This document shows, one piece after another, positions 49,132-57,259 of a DNA stretch of 64,000 nucleotides. Each line of letters starts with the position of its first letter. Within the stretch, counting starts at the first letter, position 1. The position numbers were made by a program, and so were the translations under genes. The notes below the pieces were generated by a model. That model was not told the DNA's origin. It made no database searches and was given only the letters and a program-made list of their open reading frames with translations. The stretch covers positions 44,069 through 108,068 of the forward strand of contig CAWIEA010000005.1 in NCBI GenBank assembly GCA_963835005.1, read 5' to 3'. This stretch comes from an uncultured Acidimicrobiia bacterium (lineage in GTDB: Bacteria > Actinomycetota > Acidimicrobiia > IMCC26256 > JAENVU01).

Positions 49132-50481
49132 ATGAGCCTTCGCTGGAGGATCGCGATCGGGCTCGCGGTGATCGCCGCGCTCGTGTGCGCGCTCGGCGCC
49201 GCGACCGCGTACATCACGACTCGCAACCGGCTGGAGAGCAACGTCGACGACTCGCTGCGTCGCCGGTGCCCGGGCTGCGGACCTCCGCGCCGGTCAACCG
49301 CCCCGGCGGCAACCCGGGCGGCGGCGAAGGGGCCCTGTTCGGTGGCTGCCCGCCCCCGGGCGTCATCGGCGGCTCGGCGGCGCAGGTCGTCGACGAGAAC
49401 GGCACGAAGACGCCGTGCTTCTTCGGCAGCCTCACGCTCCCCTACAACGCCTCGGACCGCCGGCTCGACGTCGGCGAGGCCGGACTGCGCAGCGTCGACA
49501 TCGGCGGGACCCGAGTACCGCCTGCTCACGCTGCCCCGCTCGGACGGGACCACGTTCCAGGTCGCCCGGTCGCTCTCGGAGAACGAGGACGTGCTCTCGT
49601 CGCTGCGGCTCCAGCTGCTGCTGATCAGCGCGATCGGGATCGCGGCCGCGGCCGTCCTCGGCTGGTTCTTCGCCCGCCGCATCGTGCGCCCCATCGAGAA
49701 GCTCCGCGACACCGCGGAGCAGATCGCGCGGACGCAGGACCTCGACGCGCCGATCCCCGAGTCCGGCAGCGGCGAGGTCGGAAGCCTCGCCGGCTCGTTC
49801 TCGACCATGGTCGGCGCGCTCGCGGAGTCCAAGCGCCAGCAGCAGCAGCTGGTCGCCGACGCGAGCCACGAGCTCCGCACACCGCTCACCAGCCTGCGCA
49901 CCAACGCGGAGCTCCTCGACCGCACCGGCGCGCTCACGTCCGATCAGCGCGACCGCGCCGTCCAGGGCATCCGGCTCGAGGTGAACGAGCTCACCGACCT
50001 CGTGTCGGAGCTCGTCGAGCTCGCGACCGATCGGGCCGACGCCGAGGTGCCCGAGCCGGTCGCGCTCGCCGGGCTCGCCGAGGACGTCGCCGAACGCACC
50101 CGCCGCCGCACGGGACGTGAGGTGACGGTCACGGTGAACGGCGACGCCGGCACCGCGCTCATCGGCCCGCACGCGCTCGACCGTGCGCTCTCGAACCTGG
50201 TCGAGAACGCCGTCAAGTACAGCCCGGGCGCGATCGACGTCGTGGTGCACGGCCAGCAGGTCGAGGTTCTCGACCGGGGCATCGGGATCTCGGTCGACGA
50301 CCAGGCCCACGTCTTCGACCGCTTCTTCCGAGCCGCGACCGCGCGGACCGAGCCGGGCTCGGGCCTCGGGCTCGCGATCGTCCAGCAGATCGTGGAACGC
50401 CAGGGCGGACGGGTCTGGGCCCGGAGCCGCGAGGGCGGCGGCGCCGCCGTCGGCTTCGAGCTGCCGGCCGCCCCGTCTTGA
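49132..50481 (+). pseudogene. sensor histidine kinase (two TM, HAMP, HisKA, HATPase_c), two compensating frameshifts (about 49260 and 49510)
   Basis: ORF 49132..50481 has TM1, then about 85 aa of Arg/Ala nonsense. The sensible sensor domain (...GLRTSAPVNRPGGNPGGGEGALFGGCPPPGVIGGSAAQVVDENGTKTPCFFGSLTLPYNASDRRLDVGEAGLRSVDIGG) is in the frame of ORF 49185..50120. Back in frame it reads YRLLTLPRSDG...HAMP...ASHELRTPLTSL...NLVENAVKYS...DRGIGI...GSGLGLAIV. Confidence 0.8.
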
Positions 50482-50494
50482 CCGAGCGGTCAAG
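50477..50494. promoter_or_regulatory. second perfect copy of the palindrome CTTGACCG-AG-CGGTCAAG (candidate operator overlapping a TTGACC -35)
   Basis: Read directly. It overlaps the kinase stop codon (TGA 50479-50481). The layout is TTGACC, 17 nt, TCGAAT, 7 nt, then ATG 50514 of the LLM oxidoreductase. Confidence 0.7.
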
Positions 50495-50513
50495 TGCGGG
50501 TCGAATGGGTCGC

Positions 50514-51662
50514 ATGAGATTCGGCATCTTCATGGCCCCCTTCCACCCCGTCGGCCAGAACCCCACGCTGGCGATGGAGCGCGACCTCGAGCTGATCCAG
50601 CACCTCGACCGCCTCGGGTTCGACGAGGCGTGGGTCGGCGAGCACCACTCCGCCGGCTACGAGATCATCGCCTCGCCCGAGGTGTTCATCGGGATCGCGG
50701 CCGAGCGCACGAAGCACATCAAGCTCGGCACCGGGGTGAGCTCGCTCCCCTACCACCACCCGCTGCTGCTCGCCGACCGCATGGTCATGCTCGACCACCT
50801 GACCCGCGGGCGCACGATGCTCGGGGTCGGCCCCGGCCAGCTCACGTCGGACGCGCACATGCTCGGCATCCCGGCCGACGCGCAGCGTCCGCGCATGGAG
50901 GAGTCGCTCGACGCGATCATGCGCCTGCTGCGCGGTGAGACCGTCACCATGCACACCGACGGGTTCATCCTCCAAGACGCGCGCCTGCAGCTCTCCCCGT
51001 ACAGCGATCCGTGCTTCGACATCGCAGTCGCAGCGTCGTTCTCACCGACGGGCGCGCGAGCGGCCGGCAAGCACGGCATCGGGATGCTGTCGGTCGCAGC
51101 CACCGCGAAGCAGGGCATGGACCTCCTCGGTCACCACTGGAACCTGTGGGAGGAGATCGCGCTCGAGCACGGGCACGTCGCCGACCGCTCGAAGTGGCGC
51201 CTCGTCGGCCCCATGCACCTCGCAGAGACGCGGGAGCAGGCGGAGCAGGAGGTCGAGTACGGCATCGCGCAGTTCTCGAAGTACTTCACCCACGTCCTGC
51301 CCGCGGGTCCCGTCCAGGGCGACACCGCCAAGGAGATCATCGAGAACAACAAGGCCGCGGGCTTCGCGGTCATCGGCACGCCCGACGACGCCATCGCCAA
51401 GCTCGACGAGCTGGTCGAGTCGAGCAACGGGGGCTTCGGCGCGTTCCTGCTGTTCGGTCACGACTGGGCGACGCCCGACGCCACCAAGCGGTCGGCCGAG
51501 CTGTTCGCGCAGTACGTCATGCCGAAGTTCCAGGGTCAGCTCGAGGCGCCGGCCGACTCCTGCGAGTGGGTCACCGGCAGCGGCGGCGAGTTCGTCGGCC
51601 GCGCCGCCAACGCGATCGCCAAGGCCATCGAGGACCACGAGAAGGAGAAGTCCTCGAGCTAG
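50514..51662 (+). CDS. LLM-class (luciferase-like) flavin-dependent oxidoreductase
   Basis: ORF 50478..51662 is trimmed to MRFGIFMAPFHP... It has GFDEAWVGEHHS...KLGTGVSSLPYHHP... It is intact. Confidence 0.85.
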   Translation: MRFGIFMAPFHPVGQNPTLAMERDLELIQHLDRLGFDEAWVGEHHSAGYEIIASPEVFIGIAAERTKHIKLGTGVSSLPYHHPLLLADRMVMLDHLTRGRTMLGVGPGQLTSDAHMLGIPADAQRPRMEESLDAIMRLLRGETVTMHTDGFILQDARLQLSPYSDPCFDIAVAASFSPTGARAAGKHGIGMLSVAATAKQGMDLLGHHWNLWEEIALEHGHVADRSKWRLVGPMHLAETREQAEQEVEYGIAQFSKYFTHVLPAGPVQGDTAKEIIENNKAAGFAVIGTPDDAIAKLDELVESSNGGFGAFLLFGHDWATPDATKRSAELFAQYVMPKFQGQLEAPADSCEWVTGSGGEFVGRAANAIAKAIEDHEKEKSSS

Positions 51663-51670
51663 GAGCCTGC

Positions 51671-51718
51671 TTTCGGCGCGAGTTGCACCCCCTCCGAGGG
51701 GGCTGAGGCGCACCGAAA
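51671..51718. terminator. TTTCGG...CCGAAA palindromic element, copy 3 (degenerate) with inner C5/G5 hairpin
   Basis: TTTCGG (51671-51676) pairs with CCGAAA (51713-51718). GCG/CGC pairs and an inner CCCCC-TCCGA-GGGGG hairpin follow. It lies between the convergent stops at 51662 and 51729. Confidence 0.55.
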
Positions 51719-51728
51719 CCAGCGAGGG

Positions 51729-52184
51729 CTACGGCTCGGTGGGGTCGGAGGCGTCGTCGACGGCGCCGGCGACGGGTGAGCCGTGGTGGAGGACCATGCG
51801 CCAGCGGCCGTCGACGTGGACGAAGACGTTCGTGGCCGCGACCCGACCACCCTGCAGCTCGGCGACGTCCTCGCCGCCTTCGCGTGAGCTGTGCGACTGC
51901 AGGATGTTCTCGTCGCAGGTGACCCAAGCGGTGGTGCCGGCGACGTGCACGACCTCGTCGGTCAGCACGAACTGGATGAACGCGGTGTTGGCGAAGATGG
52001 CGTCCCACGAGCCCGCGACGCGCGCCCAACCGTGGAGCGTCGGCCATCCGGGGTGCGTCACCGCACTGCGATCGGTGCGCTCCCACACGTCGGCCATCGC
52101 GTCGAGATCCCGGGCTTCGAACGCGGCGTAGTAGGCGGCGTTCGCCGCGGCGACGGCGGCTTCGGGCTCGGACACGGATGCCAT
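51729..52184 (-). CDS. SnoaL-like / NTF2-family (DUF4440-type) protein
   Basis: ORF 51729..52184 is intact. The pattern AANAAYYAAFEARDLDAMADVWER...VTHPGWP...W......VVHVAG..AWVTC.E is typical of NTF2-like proteins. Confidence 0.75.
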   Translation of the reverse strand: MASVSEPEAAVAAANAAYYAAFEARDLDAMADVWERTDRSAVTHPGWPTLHGWARVAGSWDAIFANTAFIQFVLTDEVVHVAGTTAWVTCDENILQSHSSREGGEDVAELQGGRVAATNVFVHVDGRWRMVLHHGSPVAGAVDDASDPTEP

Positions 52185-52195
52185 GATGGCGCACC

Positions 52196-53071
52196 GTGCC
52201 CGCCGTCGCGCCGACCTCCCACGCGTTCGCCTCGCCGTCGGGCGTCACGCTCGTGGTGCACGACTGGGGCGGCGACGGCGACCCGGTGCTGCTCGCGCAC
52301 CCGACCGGGTTTCACGGCCGGGCGTGGGCGCCGGTCGCAGCCGGGCTCGTGGCGCGCGGCCGGAAGGTCTGGTCGTTCGACTTCCGCGGCCACGGCGACA
52401 GCGACCGCTCACCGAATGGCACCTACTCGTGGGCCGAATTCGCACAGGACGCGCTCGCGGTCGCGCACCACCTGGACGTCGCCGGCAACTCCCGGCTCCT
52501 CGCGGCCGGCCACTCGAAGGGCGGCGCATCGCTGCTCGCGGGTTCGGTCGACGAGCCCACCGCGTACCCGCGCGTCTGGACGTTCGAGCCGATCATCATC
52601 CCGGTCGACGCACCGATCCTCGCCGCGCAGGACAACCCGCTCTCCAGCGGCGCGCGCAGGCGGCGCGACCAGTGGAGCTCGCGCGACGAGGCGCTCGCGT
52701 CGTACTCGTCGAAGCCGCCGCTGAACGCGCTCGCCCCCGAGGCGCTGGCGGCCTACGTGGAGTACGGGCTGCGCGATCGTGACGACGGGACCGTCGAGCT
52801 CAAGTGCCGGCCCGAGGACGAGGCGACGATGTACATGATGGGCGCGAGCCTCGGGCTCTTCCCGAAGCTCGCCGACGTCAGCGTGCCGGTGGTCGTCGGC
52901 TGCGGTGCCGACACGACGTCGATCACCCCCGAGATGGGCGGCGAGATCGCGGCGCGACTCCCCCTCGGCACGCTCGAGGTGTGGAAGGGCCGCGGTCACT
53001 TCGGCCCGCTCGAGGATCCCGAGCTCGCGGTCTCGTCGATGCTCCGGTTCGCCGACGCCACCGCCGGTTGA
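52196..53071 (+). CDS. alpha/beta hydrolase
   Basis: ORF 52196..53071 is intact. It has an HG-type oxyanion region (VLLAHPTGFHGRAW), the nucleophile elbow GHSKGG, and a C-terminal GRGHFGPLEDP. Confidence 0.85.
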   Translation: MPAVAPTSHAFASPSGVTLVVHDWGGDGDPVLLAHPTGFHGRAWAPVAAGLVARGRKVWSFDFRGHGDSDRSPNGTYSWAEFAQDALAVAHHLDVAGNSRLLAAGHSKGGASLLAGSVDEPTAYPRVWTFEPIIIPVDAPILAAQDNPLSSGARRRRDQWSSRDEALASYSSKPPLNALAPEALAAYVEYGLRDRDDGTVELKCRPEDEATMYMMGASLGLFPKLADVSVPVVVGCGADTTSITPEMGGEIAARLPLGTLEVWKGRGHFGPLEDPELAVSSMLRFADATAG

Positions 53072-53120
53072 CCGCAAGCTCGCGGAGTCTGCGAGTGGGC
53101 CACCGGTACCCTCGATCAGC

Positions 53121-54029
53121 GTGGTCGTGCGACGCGAGCTGCTGCAGGGAATCGAACGCCTGGACGCGACGACGACCGTCCTCCAGCGGGCGCGCCGGGC
53201 CGATGCGCTCGGCGGCATGTGGGAGAGCTCCGACGTGCAGTGGTGGTGGCGGAAGTCCCGCACGACCGACGATCTGGCGCTCCCCGTCTGGTTCGACACC
53301 GAGGGCCCGGTCGCGGCAGTGGGCCTGACCGCCTGGGACCGGGCGTGGCAGGTGGACGTCCACGCGGTGCCGGGCGTGGTCGAGGCCGCGGAGGTCTGGG
53401 CCGCGGGGATGGACGCGGTGGCGGAGCACCCGGCGCGGGCCCTCGAGACGCTCGTCCACGAGGAGGACTCGGAGCTGACCGGGCTCGCCGTCGGCAGCGG
53501 GTTCACGATGACCGACCATCGGTCGGGCACGTCGTGGATGGACGGCGACGACCATCCGCCCCTCGCGCCGGTCGAGGGGTTCGCGATCGTCGACCGTGCC
53601 GCGAGCCCGAACCGCCCGCACCCGATGGCGCGGCGCAACGGCGAGCACATCGAGTCGCGCCTGCGGCAGTGCTCGCTGTACGACCCCACGCTCGACCTCG
53701 CGGTCCAGGACGCCGACGGGCACGTCGCCGGCTACGCGCTCTACTGGCATGACCCCACGACCCAGGTCGGGCTCCTCGAGCCCATGCGCGTCGAGGACGA
53801 GTTCCAGCGTCGCGGTCTCGCCCGCTCGCTGCTGCACGAAGGTCTCGCGCGCCTCGCCCGCGCCGGTGCGCGCCGGCTGAAGGTCGGGTTCGAGACCGAC
53901 GCGGCCCGCAACCTCTACCTCGGCGGTGGCTTCGTGCAGACGGCCGTGGACCGGCTGCTGACCCGACCGGCGCCGGCCGCGTCGAGCGCGGCGCCGGATC
54001 AGGCTCCCGGCACGTCCCCGAGGAGGTAG
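53121..54029 (+). CDS. GNAT family N-acetyltransferase
   Basis: It starts from GTG 53121 in ORF 52905..54029. The C-terminal GNAT core is VAGYALYWHDPTTQVGLLEPMRVEDEFQRRGLARSLLHEGLARLARAGARRLKV. The 3' end overlaps soxR convergently by about 30 nt. Confidence 0.7.
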   Translation: MVVRRELLQGIERLDATTTVLQRARRADALGGMWESSDVQWWWRKSRTTDDLALPVWFDTEGPVAAVGLTAWDRAWQVDVHAVPGVVEAAEVWAAGMDAVAEHPARALETLVHEEDSELTGLAVGSGFTMTDHRSGTSWMDGDDHPPLAPVEGFAIVDRAASPNRPHPMARRNGEHIESRLRQCSLYDPTLDLAVQDADGHVAGYALYWHDPTTQVGLLEPMRVEDEFQRRGLARSLLHEGLARLARAGARRLKVGFETDAARNLYLGGGFVQTAVDRLLTRPAPAASSAAPDQAPGTSPRR

Positions 54030-54454
54030 CGGGCTCCGGCGCCGTGGACCGCAGCGCGGTCGCCGGGGTTGTACAGGTGGCACGCCTTGAGCGTCAGGCA
54101 GCCGCAGCCGATGCACTCGTCGAGCTGGTCGCGCAGGCGCACGAGGGTGGCGATCTGGTCGTCGAGCCGGGGCCGCCACGAGTTCGACAGGCGCTCCCAG
54201 TCGCGCTGGTTGGGCGTCCGGCCGTCGGGCAGCGACGCGAGCGCGTCACCGATCTCCGCGAGGGACAGCCCGACCTGCTGCGCGACCCGGATGAACGACA
54301 CCCGGCGGAGCGCGTCGCGCGGGTAGCGCCGTTGGCCACCGTCGGTGCGCGCCGCGTGCAGCAGCCCCTCGGCCTCGTAGAAGCGCAGCGCCGAGGTCGC
54401 GACGCCGGTGCGCTCGCTCAGGGCGCCGATCGTCAGCTCGGGCTCGCGGTCCAC
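53999..54454 (-). CDS. soxR: redox-sensitive MerR-family transcriptional activator SoxR
   Basis: ORF 53999..54454 is intact. It has the MerR HTH (LTIGALSERTGVATSALRFYEAEGLL) and the [2Fe-2S] motif CIGCGCLTLKAC. Confidence 0.9.
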   Translation of the reverse strand: MDREPELTIGALSERTGVATSALRFYEAEGLLHAARTDGGQRRYPRDALRRVSFIRVAQQVGLSLAEIGDALASLPDGRTPNQRDWERLSNSWRPRLDDQIATLVRLRDQLDECIGCGCLTLKACHLYNPGDRAAVHGAGARYLLGDVPGA

Positions 54455-54473
54455 CTGCCACGGTAACCCGCGA

Positions 54474-54495
54474 AACCTCGAGCAAGGTCGAGGTT
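54474..54495. promoter_or_regulatory. SoxR-box-like palindrome AACCTCGA-GCAAGG-TCGAGGTT
   Basis: Read directly. The 8-bp arms are exact reverse complements with a 6-bp centre, the same geometry as the E. coli soxS operator ACCTCAA-GTTAAC-TTGAGGT. It lies 20-41 nt upstream of the soxR GTG (54454) and abuts the stop of the upstream LLM gene (54495). Confidence 0.7.
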
Positions 54496-55493
54496 CAGCC
54501 GGCGTGGAACCCGGCGAGCACCGTGGCCCACTGGTCGGCGTTCGACTGGTACGGCGCGTACAGCGAGATGCGGTCGAGCACGTCGCCGTAGCGGGCGAGC
54601 ATCAGCTTCGGGATCTCCGACGGCTCGCCGACCACCGCGAACGTCTCGAGGACCTCGTCGGTGACGACCTCCCCCATCGTCTCCCACTGGCCCTGCTTCG
54701 ACAGCTGGTTCAGCTCGGTCTGCAGGTCGCCCCAGCCGTGCAGCTCGAGCACGCCGCGGTACGCGGGCGTCGAGCCGTAGAAGCCGATCTGGCGCTTCGT
54801 GCCCGTGCGCGCCGCGGCCATCTCCTCCTCCGTCGTGCCGGTCACCACGAACATCGGGCCGGTGATCTCGAACTGGTCGCGGGTCTTGCCGCCGGCCTCC
54901 CAGCCGCGCTCGAGCGCCGGCAGCGTGACCTCGCGCACGTAGCGCTCGGTGGTGAAGCCGTGCAGCAGGATGCCGTCGCACACCTCGCCCGAGACCTCGG
55001 TCATCTTCTCGCCCACCGCCGCGAGGAACACCTTCGGCGTCCCGTACTGGTTCGGGCCCGGGTTGAAGAACGGCGTCATCAGGGTGTGCCGGTAGAAGTC
55101 GCCCTGGAAGTCGAGCTTGGCGCCGTCGTTCCACGACGCCCAGATCGCCCGCATGGCGAGCACGAACTCGCGCATGCGTGCCGCCGGGTGCGACCACGGC
55201 ATCGAGAACCGCTTCTCGATGTGCGCCTTGATCTGGCTGCCGAGCCCGAGGATCGTGCGGCCCTGCGAGAACGACTGCAGGTCGTTGCCGATGTTCGCCA
55301 TGATCATCGGGTTGCGTGCGAACGCGACGGCGATGCCGGTGGCGAGCTCGATGCGCTCGGTGTGCTCGGCCGCGATCAGCAGCGGGAAGAACGGGTCGTG
55401 GCCCGTCTCCGCGGTGAGCAGGCCGTCCCAGCCCTGCGCCTCCGCCTCCTTCGCCGCCGCCGCGATCTTCCGCGGGTCCGTGCTCATCGGCAA
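54495..55493 (-). CDS. F420-dependent LLM-class oxidoreductase (TIGR03617-like)
   Basis: ORF 54495..55493 is intact: ...AKEAEAQGWDGLLTAETGHDPFFPLLIAAEHTERIELATGIAVAFARNPM...LGLGSQIKAHIEKRFSMPW... Confidence 0.8.
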   Translation of the reverse strand: MPMSTDPRKIAAAAKEAEAQGWDGLLTAETGHDPFFPLLIAAEHTERIELATGIAVAFARNPMIMANIGNDLQSFSQGRTILGLGSQIKAHIEKRFSMPWSHPAARMREFVLAMRAIWASWNDGAKLDFQGDFYRHTLMTPFFNPGPNQYGTPKVFLAAVGEKMTEVSGEVCDGILLHGFTTERYVREVTLPALERGWEAGGKTRDQFEITGPMFVVTGTTEEEMAAARTGTKRQIGFYGSTPAYRGVLELHGWGDLQTELNQLSKQGQWETMGEVVTDEVLETFAVVGEPSEIPKLMLARYGDVLDRISLYAPYQSNADQWATVLAGFHAG

Positions 55494-55655
55494 GTCCGGT
55501 GTCCACCTTCATGCCGGCGAACCTACCGCTGACCATGCCGATGGTGCACCAGTGGGTCCCGTGGGAGGAGCGCTCCGACGAGCGGGACGGGCCGGCGTTC
55601 GTCGTCTTCGGCGTCCTGCTGGTCGTCGAGGGGCTCGCCGGCTGCGGGTGGTCGG

Positions 55656-56971
55656 CTACTTCTGCCAGACCCGCACGTAGTCGACCTCCATCGTCCCCGG
55701 CAGGTCCGCGACGAGGTTGCCGTTGCTGTAGCTACCCGATCCCTCACCACCGGTGTACCCGTGATCGCCGGACCGGGGCCCGCTCCCGCCCATCGCGAGG
55801 TTGAGGATGATGCTGTGCTCGTACGCGAGCGCGGTCAGGTCGTTGTTCGACGCCGCGGTGTAGGTGCGGACCTTCACCCCGTCGATGAACCACTCGAGCT
55901 TGCTCGCGGTCCAGTTGACGCCGTAGGTGTGGAAGCTGTTCGTGCCGCCGGCGACGAAGGCGTTCGGCGGGTTGATGTTGCGACCGGTGCTGCTCGACCC
56001 GGGCGTGTTCACGTTGTGGTTCTGTGCCCCGATGTCGCCACCGGTGCGGTGGAAGTTGCTCTCGCTCACGTCCGGTCGCGAGCCGTAGATCTCGGTGACG
56101 TCGATCTCCCCGTAGGCCGGCCAGCCGGGGCTCGAGCCGTCACCGGCGCCGACGAGCCAGAACGCGGGCCAGTAGATGTTGCCGCGGGGGACGCGCGTGC
56201 GGACCTCCGGCGTAGCCCTGCCGGTACTTCATCGTCAGGCCGCCGTCCTGCGCGCGCGGGTGGTCACCATGCCCGACGTGAAGTAGTAGCTGCTCCCCCC
56301 GTCGGGGTTGCTGCCGCAGCCGGTGACCGTCTGGCGCTTGCCGACCATGCGGAGCGTGCCGCCGGTGACGGTGGTGTTCGCAGCCTTGTAGCACTGGTCC
56401 TCGTCGTTGCCGCTCCCGAAGTTCGAGCTGTCGGCGACGTTCCACTTGGCCCGGTTCACTGCGGTGCCGGTGAACTCGTCGTCGAAGATGGTCCGCCAGG
56501 TCGCGCCGCCCGTCACCGCGGCCGGGGGCTGCCCGGTGCCGGTCACCGGCGGGGGCGGAGGCGACGATCCCGCCAGCACGCGACGTTCTTCACGTACTTG
56601 TTGTTCTTCGGGACGAGCTTGAGCGCGCAGCCGTCTGCGGACGTGACCGCCATCGTGTCGCCGTTGACGAGCGTCTGGATGCGCGGCGCCGCGGGCTGGG
56701 CGGGCGGCGCCTTGACGACGCCGGCGAACCGGCACACGAAGTTCCGCACGTACTTGCGCCCGTTCGAGGGCGGCGCGGCCTTCACCGTGCAGCCGTCACC
56801 CGACCGGATCGAGATGGTCCCGCCGCTCGCCAACGAGGCCGAGCGCGCCGCGGCGTCGGCGGCGGTGGACGCCACCAGCGTGCCCGCGACCAGCGCGAGC
56901 GCGAGGAGCAGCGTGGTGGTGACCGGGCGTCGGGGGCGTCGTCGGTTCCGTGACGGGCGTCGCGCATCCAT
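55656..56971 (-). pseudogene. secreted glycoside hydrolase family 16 (beta-glucanase/laminarinase-like) with two N-terminal Cys-pair modules, three frameshifts
   Basis: The signal and modules are in ORF 56543..56971. The GH16 N-terminal part is in ORF 56235..56735 (WRTIFDDEFTG...NEDQCY...FTSGMVTT). Then comes QDGGLTMKYRQGYA (ORF 56140..56445 frame), then EVRTRVPRGNIYWPAFWLVG...GEIDVTEIYG...(ORF 55656..56069 frame)...HTYGVNW...WFIDG...MEVDYVRVWQK. Confidence 0.8.
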
Positions 56972-57259
56972 GCGTTACGTGCTCTCCTGGGCGGTGCGGG
57001 CAGTGGGCGGTTCGGACGGGGAACTGCGCAGTGAGCACCGTTCCCTACTATCGGCGCGGCACAACCTCAACCTCGGAAAACCCTCGCTTCGCGGCATACG
57101 GGACAGAGGCGTCGGAAGTTTCCGATTTCGCGAGCGCGCTCCGTCGCAGGATCGCCACGCTCGGTCGCCCGCTGTGTCGGCACATCGACGTCGCCGCGGA
57201 TCCGGCCCGTCCCCGGGCGTCCACGTCACTGTCCCAGCCCCGTGAGTACCCTCGTGGCC

